Shown here piece after piece: positions 41,731 to 51,984 of a stretch of DNA of 64,000 bases. The stretch lies in assembly GCA_963714605.1 (NCBI GenBank), contig CAVQOW010000016.1, positions 6,845-70,844 of the forward strand, read 5' to 3'. Each line of letters begins with the position of its first letter. Position 1 is the stretch's first letter. Origin of the DNA: an uncultured Verrucomicrobiae bacterium (GTDB lineage: Bacteria; Verrucomicrobiota; Verrucomicrobiia; Limisphaerales; CAVQOW01). Below the pieces are notes generated by a model. The model was not told the origin of the DNA. It was given only the letters and a program-made list of their open reading frames with translations, and made no database searches. Made by a program: the position numbers and the translations under genes.

Positions 41731-42699
41731 CTAGGCACGGGGATGGGCGGCATCATATGCCTTTTTGAGCCGCTCCGTTGTGACGTGCGTGTAAACCTGC
41801 GTCGTCACCAGGTGCGCGTGCCCCAACAACTCCTGCACGCTCCGCAAGTCCGCGCCGGCATCCAGCAGGTGCGTGGCGTAGCTGTGCCGCAATTTATGCG
41901 GTGTCAGGTGCGGATCAAGCCCGGCGATGACAAGGTATTTCTTCAAACGTCGCGCGAGGTCGGCGGGCCTGACCGGCGCCGGCTTTTTCCTTTGCGCAAA
42001 GAAAACCGGGGACTGTCCCGAAGGCGTTTGCCGGAGCTTGGCCCAATACGTATAAATGGCAGTCAGCGCAGTCTGGCCGATTGGCAGCAGACGCTCTTTG
42101 CGCCCTTTGCCTCGCACGCGCACCAAGTGTTCACTCCAGTCAATGTCCTCGGCGCGCATGCCGCACAATTCACTCACGCGCAACCCGCACGAGTAAATCG
42201 TTTCCAGAATTGCCACGTCGCGCAGGCACGCGCCGGCCGAGACCGGCCGGCCCGCGCCTTTTCTTTTTGGCGCTTGCAGCGCTTTGAGTGGCGCGTTCAG
42301 CAACGCCAGCATTTGTTCTGCCGTCAGATATTGGGGCAGCCGTTTGGGCATTTTTGGCAGTGCCAGATTCTTGATCGGCGAGCCGGCGACGACGCGACCG
42401 CGGATCAGGAATTTGTAAAATGTGCGCAATGCGCAGAAGCGGAGTTGCACGGCGGCGCGGCTCAAACTGTTTCTGCCGAGAAACCGCAAGTAACTGCGGA
42501 AATCATCCCGCTGAAGCTTGTCCCAAGCCGGTAGCTGTTGGCGATCTTCACGGTACCAGCGGGAAAATTCGGTCAAGGCCTGCCTATAATTCCGGATGGT
42601 GTAGGTCGACGCGCCGCGATCCGTCGCCAGATGCGCGAGAAATTTCTGAATCCACTTGTCGCGGAACTCCGAACCGCCGCTGTCGGGGGCGCCTTTCAT
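41731..42699 (-). CDS. tyrosine recombinase, XerC/XerD family
   Basis: 322 aa with the C-terminal catalytic region LRHSYATHLLDAGADLRSVQELLGHAHLVTTQVYTHV. Confidence 0.85.
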   Translation of the reverse strand: MKGAPDSGGSEFRDKWIQKFLAHLATDRGASTYTIRNYRQALTEFSRWYREDRQQLPAWDKLQRDDFRSYLRFLGRNSLSRAAVQLRFCALRTFYKFLIRGRVVAGSPIKNLALPKMPKRLPQYLTAEQMLALLNAPLKALQAPKRKGAGRPVSAGACLRDVAILETIYSCGLRVSELCGMRAEDIDWSEHLVRVRGKGRKERLLPIGQTALTAIYTYWAKLRQTPSGQSPVFFAQRKKPAPVRPADLARRLKKYLVIAGLDPHLTPHKLRHSYATHLLDAGADLRSVQELLGHAHLVTTQVYTHVTTERLKKAYDAAHPRA

Positions 42700-42972
42700 T
42701 TCAGTTGTAGATTACACAGATTTTGGCCCTGCGTAAATCGGCGTTGTTTGCGGAGAGAGTCCTTCATCCGCCCTTTGTATTTCCCTTTCTGTTCAGCTTC
42801 CGAGTTGGAATCAAATATTGCCTGTGCGGTCGCAGCCGCACCCGCAACAGCCGCGTCAGATCGTTCCTCCTTGACGATCACCTGCCGCCATCTTGAAACG
42901 GTTTGAAAATTGTAACTTTTTGCCTTGCCCAGCGTCTTTGAAAGGAAGCGCACAATTGCGCCAGAAACGATT

Positions 42973-43251
42973 ATGAAACGGAAAATTGCATTACTCACAC
43001 TATTGATCGCGCTGTCCGGGATTGCGATCTATACCACCAGCACCACCTTCGCGCAGAGTATGAACGGGCCGGCGACGCCTCATCGCGAGGCGCATCCGAG
43101 AATTCGCCATGCCATCGCCGCGCTGCACGAAGCCAAGGTCGAAATGAAGGCTGCCGCGCACGATTTCGGCGGGCATCGCGTGGCCGCTATCAAGGCCTGT
43201 GACGACGCCATTGAGCAACTCAAGCTCGCGTTGCAATACGACAAGAATTAG
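42973..43251 (+). CDS. small secreted helical protein, unknown function
   Basis: Signal peptide MKRKIALLTLLIALSGIAIY, followed by HPRIRHAIAALHEAKVEMKAAAHDFGGHRVAAIKACDDAIEQL. Confidence 0.4.
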   Translation: MKRKIALLTLLIALSGIAIYTTSTTFAQSMNGPATPHREAHPRIRHAIAALHEAKVEMKAAAHDFGGHRVAAIKACDDAIEQLKLALQYDKN

Positions 43252-43291
43252 TTGGCGCTCAAGAGCCGCACATTGCTGCGCGGTTCAACTA

Positions 43292-46144
43292 TCAACGACG
43301 CGCGGTCGTTTGTTCCCGCTGTGCAGTTTCATCTTCGCGTGGCGGGAATTCAAACGTCGCCTTGCCGTCGTCGTCCATGACCAGATACGCAGGGAACGGC
43401 CGGCCCGCCTTGGAAATGAATTTCTGGAGCAAATCGGTTTTGCGGGTGGCGAGGAGCTTTTGCGCCTGCGACCGCTCAATCGGTTGCTGCAAAATTTCCT
43501 TGCTGAGTTTGAATTTGCACGGCCTCTTTTCCACCTGCGATTTCTCGCACAGGTAAACCGAATCCGCCTCGAACACGCTCCCGCCGCACTTGGGGCATTT
43601 GCCCAGCGATTCTTGGCCGGTGAAATCAATTTTCTTCGCCGGCTCTTTGGGCGCGACGTCCTTCGCCTTCGCCTTGCGTTCGCGCGGCACGAACTCAAAC
43701 GCCGTGCCACCGTCCTTGATGACCAGGAACGCCTTGAACTTGCGGCCGGTTTTCTTGGAGATAAAACCCTTGAGCAAATCCGTTTTGCCCTCGGCGAGCA
43801 GCTTCGTGACCTGCGTGGGTGAAATCTCCTGCTGCAAAATGATTTTACCCGAGCGGAACGTGCAGGTCTTCTCCGGACCGGGGCCTTCTCGCACAGATAG
43901 TTCATTCCCGCGTCGAACACACGCGCGCCGCACTTGGGGCATTTGCCCAGCGGCTCTTTACCAGTGAAATCCACCGGTGCAGCGTCGGTGCCATCGGGAT
44001 TGCGATCGTTGTTGCCGAAATCGAATTCGACCTTGCCCTCGGCGTTCAGCTTGAGCACGGCGGCGAAAGGCTTGCCCATCTTGCTGCGGAAACCTTGCAG
44101 CGGCCCGATCTGTTTCTTCGTGATGAGCTCCTCGATCTCCTCGAATTCAAACATCCGGCTGCAAATAATTTTCCAGAGGGAGAAATCGCACTTCTCGTTC
44201 ACGCATTGGAACTGCTTGTAGCGTTCGTGAACTTCGCCGCCGCACTTCGGGCAGGGGACGCTCGAGCACGCCAAAATCTCCGGGGATGGTGTCATACTCG
44301 AATTTCTTGGCGCGCTCGACGATATGCCGCGTGATGTCGGCGATGCCGGACATGAATTCCTCGCGGCTCTTTTGCCGGCGCTGCATCTGGCGCAGCTGGA
44401 ATTCCCAGTCGCCGGTCAATTCCGGTTTGGTCAACTCGGGATGCCCAGGCCGTTGAGCAGTTCCATCAGGGAAAACGCCTTGGCGGTGGCCTGCAACTCG
44501 CGCGCCGTGGCGGTCAGAGTATTGCTCGTAGACCAAGCCATCAATGATGGCCGCGCGCGTGGCTGGCGTGCCGAGGCCCTTCTCGCTCATGGCCTCGCGC
44601 AATTCCTCGTCCTCGACGAGTTTGCCCGCGCCCTCCATCGCGCTGAGCAGCGTGGCTTCCGTGTAACGCGGCGGCGGCTTGGTCTGGTTCTGCTTTGACC
44701 TCCACGGCGCTGGTCTTGACCGTTTCGTTCGGCTTGACCGGCGTGAGTGTGGCGGCATCATCGTCCTGCGCCTCCTTGCCGTACACCGCCAGCCAGCCCG
44801 GATTGACCAGCACTTTGCCGGCGCTCTTGAACGGCTCGCCCTCAACGCGCGTGATGCGCGTGGTTTCGAGAAATTCCGCCGCCGGATAAAAAATCGCCAG
44901 AAACCGTTTCGTCACCATGTCGTAGAGTTTCTGCTCAGTCTCGCTCAGGCTTTTCGGCGCGAGTGTGGTGGGAATAATGGCGAAGTGATCGGAAATTTTC
45001 GCGTTGTTGAAGATGCGCTTGTTGGGCTGCACCCAGCCGCTCTTCAAAATCGTATCGGCGAACTGGCCGTAGTTCGTTCCGACGAGCATCTGCATCACGT
45101 CCTTGACCGTGCCGATGATAATCCTCCGGCAGCGCGCGCGAATCTGTTCGTGGATACGTCAGCACCTTGTGCCGCTCGTAAAGCGATTGCGCGATGGCCA
45201 GCGTGTTCTTCGCGCTGAAGCCGAAACGTGAATTCGCATCACGCTGCAAGCTCGTCAAGATCATAGAGCAACGGCGAGAGCGACGTGCTGGGCTTGCTCT
45301 CCTCCGTGACGATGCCCGGCCTGCCAAGACATTTGTCGCGGATGGTTTCGGCCTTCGACTTTTCCCAAAACCGCTCCGGCTTGAGTTCCGCATCGCCGTC
45401 TTTGCCGTCGGCCTTGGAAAACTTTTCATCGAACCAACGACCGGTGTATTGGCCCGCCGCCGCGTCAAATGTGCCGATGACTTCCCAATAATCGCGCGAC
45501 GCGAATTTTTGAATTTTCGCCTCGCGTTCGACGAGAATGGCAAGCGTCGGCGTTTGCACGCGGCCAACCGTGGTTTTGAAAAATCCGCCGGACTTCGAGT
45601 TGAACGCCGTCATCGCGCGCGTGCCGTTGATGCCGACGAGCCAGTCGGCCTCCGAGCGGCTGAACGCGGCGTCGGCCAGCGGCAGCATATCCTTGTCTTC
45701 GCGAAGCTGCGTAAAGCCCTCACGAATGGCGGCCGGCGTCATGGATTGGAGCCAGAGCCGCTTGATCGGCTGCCTTGCCTTCGTGTATTTGACGATGTTG
45801 CGGAAGATCAGTTCGCCCTCGCGGCCGGCGTCGCAGGCGTTGATGAGCGCGTCCACGTCTTTGCGTTTGATGAGTTTGGCCAGCACCCTGAGCCGCGACG
45901 CGCTTTTTTCAATCGGCTGCAAATCGAAATGCGGCGGGATGACCGGCAGGCACTTGAAAGTCCATTTGCCGCGCGCTGCTTCGACGCCTTCGGGCGGAAC
46001 GAGTTCGAGCAGATGGCCGACGGCCGACGAGAGGACAAACTGGTCGCTCTCGTAGTAGTCGTCCTGCTTTTTGAAACCGCCCAGCGCCTTGGCGATGTCG
46101 CCGGCGACGGACGGTTTCTCCGCAATAATCAATGTCTTGCCCAT
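43292..46144 (-). pseudogene. topA: DNA topoisomerase I with C-terminal Zn-ribbon/Topo_C repeats, about 7 frame breaks (true pseudogene or consensus indels)
   Basis: The protein is tiled by ORFs 45239-46186, 44935-45567, 44541-45098, 44147-44845, 43285-44295 and 43292-43942. It has the Toprim start MGKTLIIAEKPS, the active-site region [25 protein letters not shown], and repeated CPKCGG...LLKGFISKKTGRKFKAFLV units. Confidence 0.85.
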
Positions 46145-46271
46145 GTTGTAACGAATCAAACGTTTTGTGGTCGCAGCTTGCAGCAACGGCCCAAATAAAC
46201 AGTGGCCGCGCTCAACATGCGGGAAAAACCGGGATTGTCAAAACCGAAGCTTCCACCCGCCGGCCCGAACG

Positions 46272-47825
46272 TCAGCGTGAAAATCCTTCCGCCATCGCCA
46301 CGGCTTTGAGCATCGCCTTGGATTTATTGACGGTTTCCTGAAATTCGTTTTCCGGGGTGGAATCATTCACCCAGCCGCCACCGGCTTGCACGTAAGCTTT
46401 GCCGTCTTTGAGCAATGCGGTGCGGATGGTGATGCAGGTGTCGAGATTGCCGTTGAACGAAAAATAGCCCACGCAACCCGCGTACGGCCCGCGTGTCGTG
46501 CCCTCCAGTTCGGAAATGATTTGCATGGCGCGAATCTTTGGCGCGCCGCTCACAGTGCCCGCCGGGAAGGTCGCGCGCATCAAATCGTAAAGCGTTTTGC
46601 TGGCGGAAAGTTTTCCTTCGACCTGCGACACGATGTGCATCACGTGGCTGTAACGCTCGACGATCATCAGGTCCTTCACCTGCACGCTGCCGAAGTCGCA
46701 CACGCGGCCAATGTCGTTGCGCGCCAGGTCCACCAGCATCACGTGCTCGGCGCGCTCCTTCGGGTCGGCGAGCAATTCTTTTTCGAGCGCGGCGTCTTCT
46801 TCCGGCGTCTTGCCGCGCTGCCGCGTGCCGGCGATGGGACGGATTTCAACCCGCCGATCTTCGCAGCGAACATGGATTTCCGGCGAAGCGCCCACGAGTG
46901 AAAAACCGTCCAGCTCCAGCAGAAACATGTACGGCGACGGATTCACCGAGCGCACCGCGCGGTAAACGTCTATCGCCGATGCCGTGACCGATGTGGAAAA
47001 CCGCTGCGAGCCGACGACCTGAATGATGTCGCCCCCGGTGATGCATTCCTTTGCCTTGAGCACGTTGGCATGGAACTTTTCCTTCGTCACGTTTGACTCG
47101 AACGGAATCGGGGGCACTTCGCTTGGCACGGTTGCCGGACGATGTTCGCTGGGCTGTTCCAGCAGCGAAACGAGCCGCTCAATTTCGCTTACGGCGTCTT
47201 CGTAAGCCTCAGCCGGGCTGGCTGCGCCGTCGAGAACGGCATTGACCAAAACGGTAATCGTCTGTGCCACACGATCGAAAATGAGCAACTGGTCTGCTAC
47301 GAGGAAAACCATCGTTGGCGTGCCCAATTCGTCACGGGGCGGGCGCGGCACGACCGGCTCAATGTCGTGAATGAATTCGTAGCCGATGAATCCAATCGCG
47401 CCGCCGGTGAACCGCGGCAAGCCCGGCAACGAAACCGGACAATACTGTTTCATCACGCGTTCGACGACTTCGAGGCCATCGCGAACCGTAGGGCCAGCCT
47501 GCGGGTCGGCTTGGACGCGCGACAGCGTGTCCCTGCCAGATTTTGGTGACACCTCAAATTTCTCCACGACTTTCCCGTTTTCGATGACTTCGACGCGGTC
47601 GCCGGTCTGTTTGATGACCGCGCGGGGATTGCAGCCGACAAAGGAATAACGGCCAAGATGTTCGCCGCCTTCGACCGACTCGAACAGGAACGACTCGCCT
47701 GCGCCGCGGATTTTGCGGTACGCCGAGAGCGGCGTTTCAATGTCCGCCAGCAGGCGGCGCGTCACGGGGATCAAGTTTCCCCGCGTCGCCAGTTTCAGAA
47801 ATTCATCCAGCGATGGCGAATACAT
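46272..47825 (-). CDS. trpE: anthranilate synthase component I
   Basis: Intact 517-aa ORF. It has [16 protein letters not shown] at the N-terminus and the chorismate-binding C-terminus GGAWV-like [17 protein letters not shown] and [10 protein letters not shown]. Confidence 0.95.
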   Translation of the reverse strand: MYSPSLDEFLKLATRGNLIPVTRRLLADIETPLSAYRKIRGAGESFLFESVEGGEHLGRYSFVGCNPRAVIKQTGDRVEVIENGKVVEKFEVSPKSGRDTLSRVQADPQAGPTVRDGLEVVERVMKQYCPVSLPGLPRFTGGAIGFIGYEFIHDIEPVVPRPPRDELGTPTMVFLVADQLLIFDRVAQTITVLVNAVLDGAASPAEAYEDAVSEIERLVSLLEQPSEHRPATVPSEVPPIPFESNVTKEKFHANVLKAKECITGGDIIQVVGSQRFSTSVTASAIDVYRAVRSVNPSPYMFLLELDGFSLVGASPEIHVRCEDRRVEIRPIAGTRQRGKTPEEDAALEKELLADPKERAEHVMLVDLARNDIGRVCDFGSVQVKDLMIVERYSHVMHIVSQVEGKLSASKTLYDLMRATFPAGTVSGAPKIRAMQIISELEGTTRGPYAGCVGYFSFNGNLDTCITIRTALLKDGKAYVQAGGGWVNDSTPENEFQETVNKSKAMLKAVAMAEGFSR

Positions 47826-47935
47826 AAACCATTTTTAGCCGAAGCGTGGTCAAAACAAAAGTAGGAAGCCGCAGGAAACGTTCCATGCTTTTTTCAAAAG
47901 ATATAATGACTGTTGTCATCACATCTCGTTTTTGC

Positions 47936-49011
47936 CTATGGCGAGGTTTGCCTTGGGACGGAGCTCGTCGTATTTGGGAATGGCCGCTTAATGAGCAAAA
48001 GTGCCTGCTGAGCATCTTTGGATTCATAAGTCCGTTTTATTTCTTGTAACATCGGGATTGCCTCTTTTGCTGCCGGACCTATTTTGCCCAACGTGATGAT
48101 AATCCAATGTCGAATCGCAAAATTGCCATCTCCTGGGCTGCGTCCGTAGAGACGGATCAGAGACGGAACAGCAGGTCCTGCATCCGAACCTATTTTGCCC
48201 AAAGTATTCACCACCACATACAGTCGTTGGTATGTTCCAATAGTTGGATCAATGCCGGAACCGCAGCACCGGCTTCTGAATCAATTCCACTCAAAACTTC
48301 CACTGCATTTTTCGCTTCCGGCGAATCGGGGTTGTTTTCGAGTTTTGCAATCACCGCTGGAAGAACATTGGTATCGGTCTTGCTGATGGTGATGAGAGCG
48401 TAGGCTGCTTCGTATCCTCTTTTAGGATCGTCTAACTCGCGCACGAGCGCCGGCACGACTTCTGGCGAGGCGGAACCGATGGCTTCTAGCACATTTATTG
48501 CCCAGACCCGATTCTTGAGATCACTATCGGCGATATCTGCATCGGACAAATCGGTGCTCTTTTGACCTGCTGCCCATTGCCGAGTCAAGAAATCAGAGTT
48601 AGTGAGCGACAGGGCCATCGCTGGGGCAGCTGCTTTTGCTTGTGGCCCGAGTTGGATCAATCGATGGGCAGCATCGAATTGCTTTTCATGAATTATGACT
48701 GGTGGATCATCATACGGGTGACGTTTTTTCCAAGCAACGAGTTGCTTCGGCGGCAACGATTCTGTCCAGTCGCGATTCGTCATGAAAATATCAACCAGCT
48801 CAAGCACAGTTTTCGTCTTGCCATCCAAACCCGCACTTAAAAACGTCTGTCCGTCCAACGGAGAGCTGGTTGGTAAGGCTTTAGTCAGAGTAATTAACTG
48901 CTTTTGTTCGTCACTAACGCCCGGCTGCGAAGCCGTTTTGCATCCAATCAGCACGGCTGCCATCGCCAAACCTAGCAAAATGTACAGGTTAATTTTCATT
49001 TTCTTTTCCAC
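47936..49011 (-). CDS. HEAT-repeat lipoprotein (one frame break near 48210)
   Basis: Lipobox LIGCKTAS. Repeated ...A..ALG.IG..A..AVPALI.LL... units. It is visibly lower in GC than the flanking trpE. Confidence 0.6.
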
Positions 49012-49046
49012 GTTTGCCCCGACTTTACAACTGCGCTTTGGTGATT

Positions 49047-49220
49047 TTACACCAACAGCTTAAACAATTTTGTCGGATGAGCGGTTTTCCGCGCGCGGCC
49101 AGATTCCCATCGTTCAGATTTCGTCGCGTCATTGTTGTCCGCCAGCAGGCGGCGCGTCACGGGGATCAAGTTTCCCCGCGTCGCCAGTTTCAGAAATTCG
49201 ATTGGTGTCGGTGAATACAT
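49047..49220 (-). pseudogene. relic copy of the trpE 5' end (first 28 codons) fused to unrelated sequence
   Basis: It reads [28 protein letters not shown]..., against trp[29 protein letters not shown]. 64 bp are identical (49136-49199 = 47741-47804). Confidence 0.7.
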
Positions 49221-49764
49221 GACTGAAATCCCGCCGAGTATATCTGGAGGCGCGGCGCGTCCGCCAGACCGAAAGCAGCGTGTAAAACACCACCGCTACC
49301 GCATAAGCCACGATGCCCATGCCGATGCCGACCAAAACCCATTGCGGCCCGCTGAAATAGATGATTGTCAGACCGACCGTGGCGGTGAGCAGCGTGTTGC
49401 CGGCCAGGCAGGATAAATACAGCAGAATCGGCGTTTCCTGCACGCGCTGGACGTACCAATCGCGATAAGCTTGCTCGCCCAGCGAGTGCATCAGCCAGGC
49501 GGATTGGAAATTGCGCGCGGCCACCAGCACACTGGCCGTGGCGACCACGACGGCCGACAACGGCCAAAGCGACAGCACCACGATCAGCACCGCGTTCACC
49601 ACCACACCCCACTTCCAGCCGAGCTTCTTTGCGAGCGGATTGCCTTCGAGCACAAGGTTGGGCGTCGCCAGCCACGTGCTCAGGAAATCCATCCCGCGCG
49701 CGAACACCAGCAGACAAACCATCAGCAGGTATTCGTGGCTGCCAAATGGAACGGGGTCATCCAT
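49129..49764 (-). CDS. polytopic membrane protein, unknown function
   Basis: It starts MDDPVPFGSHEYLLMVCLLVFARGMDFLSTW and has about 6 predicted TM helices. Its 3' end runs through the trpE-relic repeat in another frame, so the native stop is uncertain. Confidence 0.5.
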   Translation of the reverse strand: MDDPVPFGSHEYLLMVCLLVFARGMDFLSTWLATPNLVLEGNPLAKKLGWKWGVVVNAVLIVVLSLWPLSAVVVATASVLVAARNFQSAWLMHSLGEQAYRDWYVQRVQETPILLYLSCLAGNTLLTATVGLTIIYFSGPQWVLVGIGMGIVAYAVAVVFYTLLSVWRTRRASRYTRRDFSHVFTDTNRISETGDAGKLDPRDAPPAGGQQ

Positions 49765-49771
49765 GTTCAAA

Positions 49772-49866
49772 GGGAAAAGCGGAAAGCAAAAAAGCGGAAG
49801 GCGGAAACTCGCACGATGCGGCGGAGCGTTTCCGCTTTCCCGCTTTCCGAATTTCGCTTTTCTTCT
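49772..49866 (-). terminator. inverted pair of 7-bp arrays (GCGGAAA-type and TTTCCGC-type) forming a long imperfect hairpin between hisI and the membrane-protein gene
   Basis: The innermost stem is GGCGGAAAC / GTTTCCGC around a 19-nt loop. On the minus strand the hairpin is followed by CTTTTTTGCTTTCC. It starts 5 bp after the hisI stop. Confidence 0.5.
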
Positions 49867-49870
49867 ACGT

Positions 49871-50260
49871 TCATTTCTTTCCGTAAATTTGCTCGGGTGT
49901 TTCCAATTGCAGCTCGGTGATTTTGAATTTTTCGCCCTTGCCTTCAATCGAGCGGAAGAAGCACGATTTGTAACCTTCGTGGCACGCCGCGCCGATTTGT
50001 TCGACTTGAATGAGCAGCGTGTCGCCGTCGCAGTCGAACGCGACGTCTGTGACCGTTTGCGTGTGGCCGCTGGATTCGCCCTTCATCCAGAATTTCTGCC
50101 GCGAGCGGCTCCAGAAATGCGTCTTGCCGGTCTCGATGGTTTTTTCGAGCGACGCGCGATTCATCCAAGCCATCATCAGTACACGACCGGTCTTCTGTTC
50201 TTGAATGATGGCCGGGATCAGGCCGTTCGGGTCGAATTTCAATTTGTCGTAAAAGCTCAT
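49871..50260 (-). CDS. hisI: phosphoribosyl-AMP cyclohydrolase
   Basis: 129 aa with [26 protein letters not shown]...[18 protein letters not shown]...DCDGDTLL. Confidence 0.9.
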   Translation of the reverse strand: MSFYDKLKFDPNGLIPAIIQEQKTGRVLMMAWMNRASLEKTIETGKTHFWSRSRQKFWMKGESSGHTQTVTDVAFDCDGDTLLIQVEQIGAACHEGYKSCFFRSIEGKGEKFKITELQLETPEQIYGKK

Positions 50261-50267
50261 GTCATGG

Positions 50268-50302
50268 GGATTTTAGGTTTTCGATTTCCAATTTGCGATT
50301 GA
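50268..50302. repeat. 7-bp tandem array GGATTTT AGGTTTT CGATTTC CAATTTG CGATTGA in the hisI 5' leader
   Basis: Read directly from the sequence. It begins 8 bp upstream of the hisI ATG. Confidence 0.75.
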
Positions 50303-50378
50303 AAAACGAGAGGACTTGGACCGAACGTGACCGAACCGGACAGGTGCGGGCCACATCTCACCAATCCGAAAACGTAAC

Positions 50379-51383
50379 CTAATCGGCTTGGGGTTCTACC
50401 GGACTCGCCCCCCCAATACAGAAATATATACGCGCATAATCTGTGATCGTGACATATCTCCCGCCGGGGTTCCGCAACACAATGCCCGTGAAATTCCCTT
50501 TGGCATCAATCTTGACATGGTCAATCATATAGACGTGCTGGCCACGACGATATGTGCTTTTCTCAAGTCCGGCACTGGATGGCACAAGCGGCGTCTTGTT
50601 GGAAAAGCCAGCCGGGGCGCCAAGAACCATTCCTTTGCCGAGTTTGCGTTGGGCATTGATTTGACCGAGAAACGTTTGAGCACGTGCGCAGAGGGTGTCT
50701 TTCATCTGCCCTTCTGGCGCTCCGCGATTGAACCAGCTTATGACATCATCGGGATTAACTCCTGATTCGTCTATTTTGATATAGGTATGCTTCCAAACAA
50801 GGTCGTTATTTTCCCGGCCATTGCCACCCACAAGCGAATCATAGCTGGCTTTATTGCGGCGACAGATGGCAAAAGCCTTTTCGATAATCGGCGCCCAAAT
50901 GCAGCCCTGATGGCCGGGCCTGGCGTACATTGGAGCGCCGGAGTCATTGACCCATAATTCCGCGGTAACTCGAATGTAAGTCTTTGCGCCATTTTGTTGA
51001 AAGAAACGCACGACGTAGGTGCCATCAGGGAGATTGGTAACTGTGTTCCTTATAAAATCGGGGTTGACATCCGCTAATGCAGCGAGTGCCGACAGAAAGT
51101 AGCAATCGCCGCCATCCCCTTGTAATGCGTCGTTCTTGGATGGTCCATCCTTCGCAAAAAGTGGATTAGTCGCAAAACTTGCCAATGCCAATCCCTTATC
51201 CCTTGCCCTGGGCGATGGGTTCGAACAAACTTGGCCGCCTGGTTGCCCCAAAACGCCCGGGAATGGCAACGCCAAATATAAAAAAAGGAAGGATAGTGTG
51301 AGGAAAAACCTTTGCGAATTCTTCAAGGATTCGTCTGTCACGAACCGTCCGGATTCACTTAAAACATTAGCCATATCGCCCAA
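50379..51383 (-). CDS. calpain-like (peptidase C2) cysteine protease with an N-terminal signal anchor
   Basis: Catalytic Cys in QGDGGDCYFLSALAALA, His in GQHVYMIDHV, Asn in LRNPGG. Confidence 0.7.
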   Translation of the reverse strand: MGDMANVLSESGRFVTDESLKNSQRFFLTLSFLFLYLALPFPGVLGQPGGQVCSNPSPRARDKGLALASFATNPLFAKDGPSKNDALQGDGGDCYFLSALAALADVNPDFIRNTVTNLPDGTYVVRFFQQNGAKTYIRVTAELWVNDSGAPMYARPGHQGCIWAPIIEKAFAICRRNKASYDSLVGGNGRENNDLVWKHTYIKIDESGVNPDDVISWFNRGAPEGQMKDTLCARAQTFLGQINAQRKLGKGMVLGAPAGFSNKTPLVPSSAGLEKSTYRRGQHVYMIDHVKIDAKGNFTGIVLRNPGGRYVTITDYARIYFCIGGASPVEPQAD

Positions 51384-51575
51384 TACAGCAAGTCTGTTGC
51401 CGAATTTGGGGCCAAGTCATGGGCTGCACCGTCGTAACGTGATGGGTCATTCTTCGTTTTGATAAAGCCGACTAAAAATAGTTTCAACTTGGACAACCAT
51501 TGTCCTCGTGGTCGGGGTAAAGTGTGGGCATGAATGCCGCTCGATGGTTTCAGCGCCGGGAAGATTATCAGCTGC

Positions 51576-51890
51576 CTAAAACGCCATCGGAGAGTCCATT
51601 TCGCAAGTTCGACGTAAAGTGTCGAGACTGTTTAACCACGGATATTCGCTCCTGTCCGTGTCGTTGTAACCGGTGCTGCCGCCGATGCACGAGCCTCGAT
51701 AGTGTAAGTCGTAAGTGGCGTGAGGTTCATCAGCATGATCCGGCGCGCCTGCGTGAAGGTGCCGACATCCTGCCACGTGCAATTTCCTGTGTCCATTGTC
51801 ACCTGATAAGAGCGCGCATTGGGTACAGGATTCAAACGCACCACCAACCGTGTAATTGTCTCGTTGTCCATGCAAAGAATGAATTGACAT
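51576..51890 (-). pseudogene. possible fibronectin-III-like domain fragment (two short overlapping ORFs)
   Basis: LNPVPNARSYQVTMDTGNCTWQDVGTFTQARRIMLMNLTPLTTYTIEARA looks FN3-like. The frame breaks after it. This is weak evidence. Confidence 0.25.
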
Positions 51891-51984
51891 GTCGCGGTGA
51901 ATTAGGTTTCAATCAGCGCCGTTAACTCCACCTTGGTAGTCGCTTGCTTGGGACTAGTCGTCCGGGGTTGAAATCTCAGAAGGC

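Noticed and set aside
45194-46198. 334-aa plus-strand ORF
   Set aside because: It is antisense to the topA N-terminal region and has no motifs.
8864-50302. Could the short periodic arrays be degenerate CRISPR arrays?
   Set aside because: The units are 7 bp and directly abutting, with no spacers. The arrays are only 28-43 bp long, no cas genes are present, and several lie inside intact ORFs.
51524-51925. 133-aa plus-strand Cys/Arg-rich ORF
   Set aside because: It overlaps the more protein-like FN3-type frame on the opposite strand, and its composition looks non-coding. Neither frame is strongly supported.
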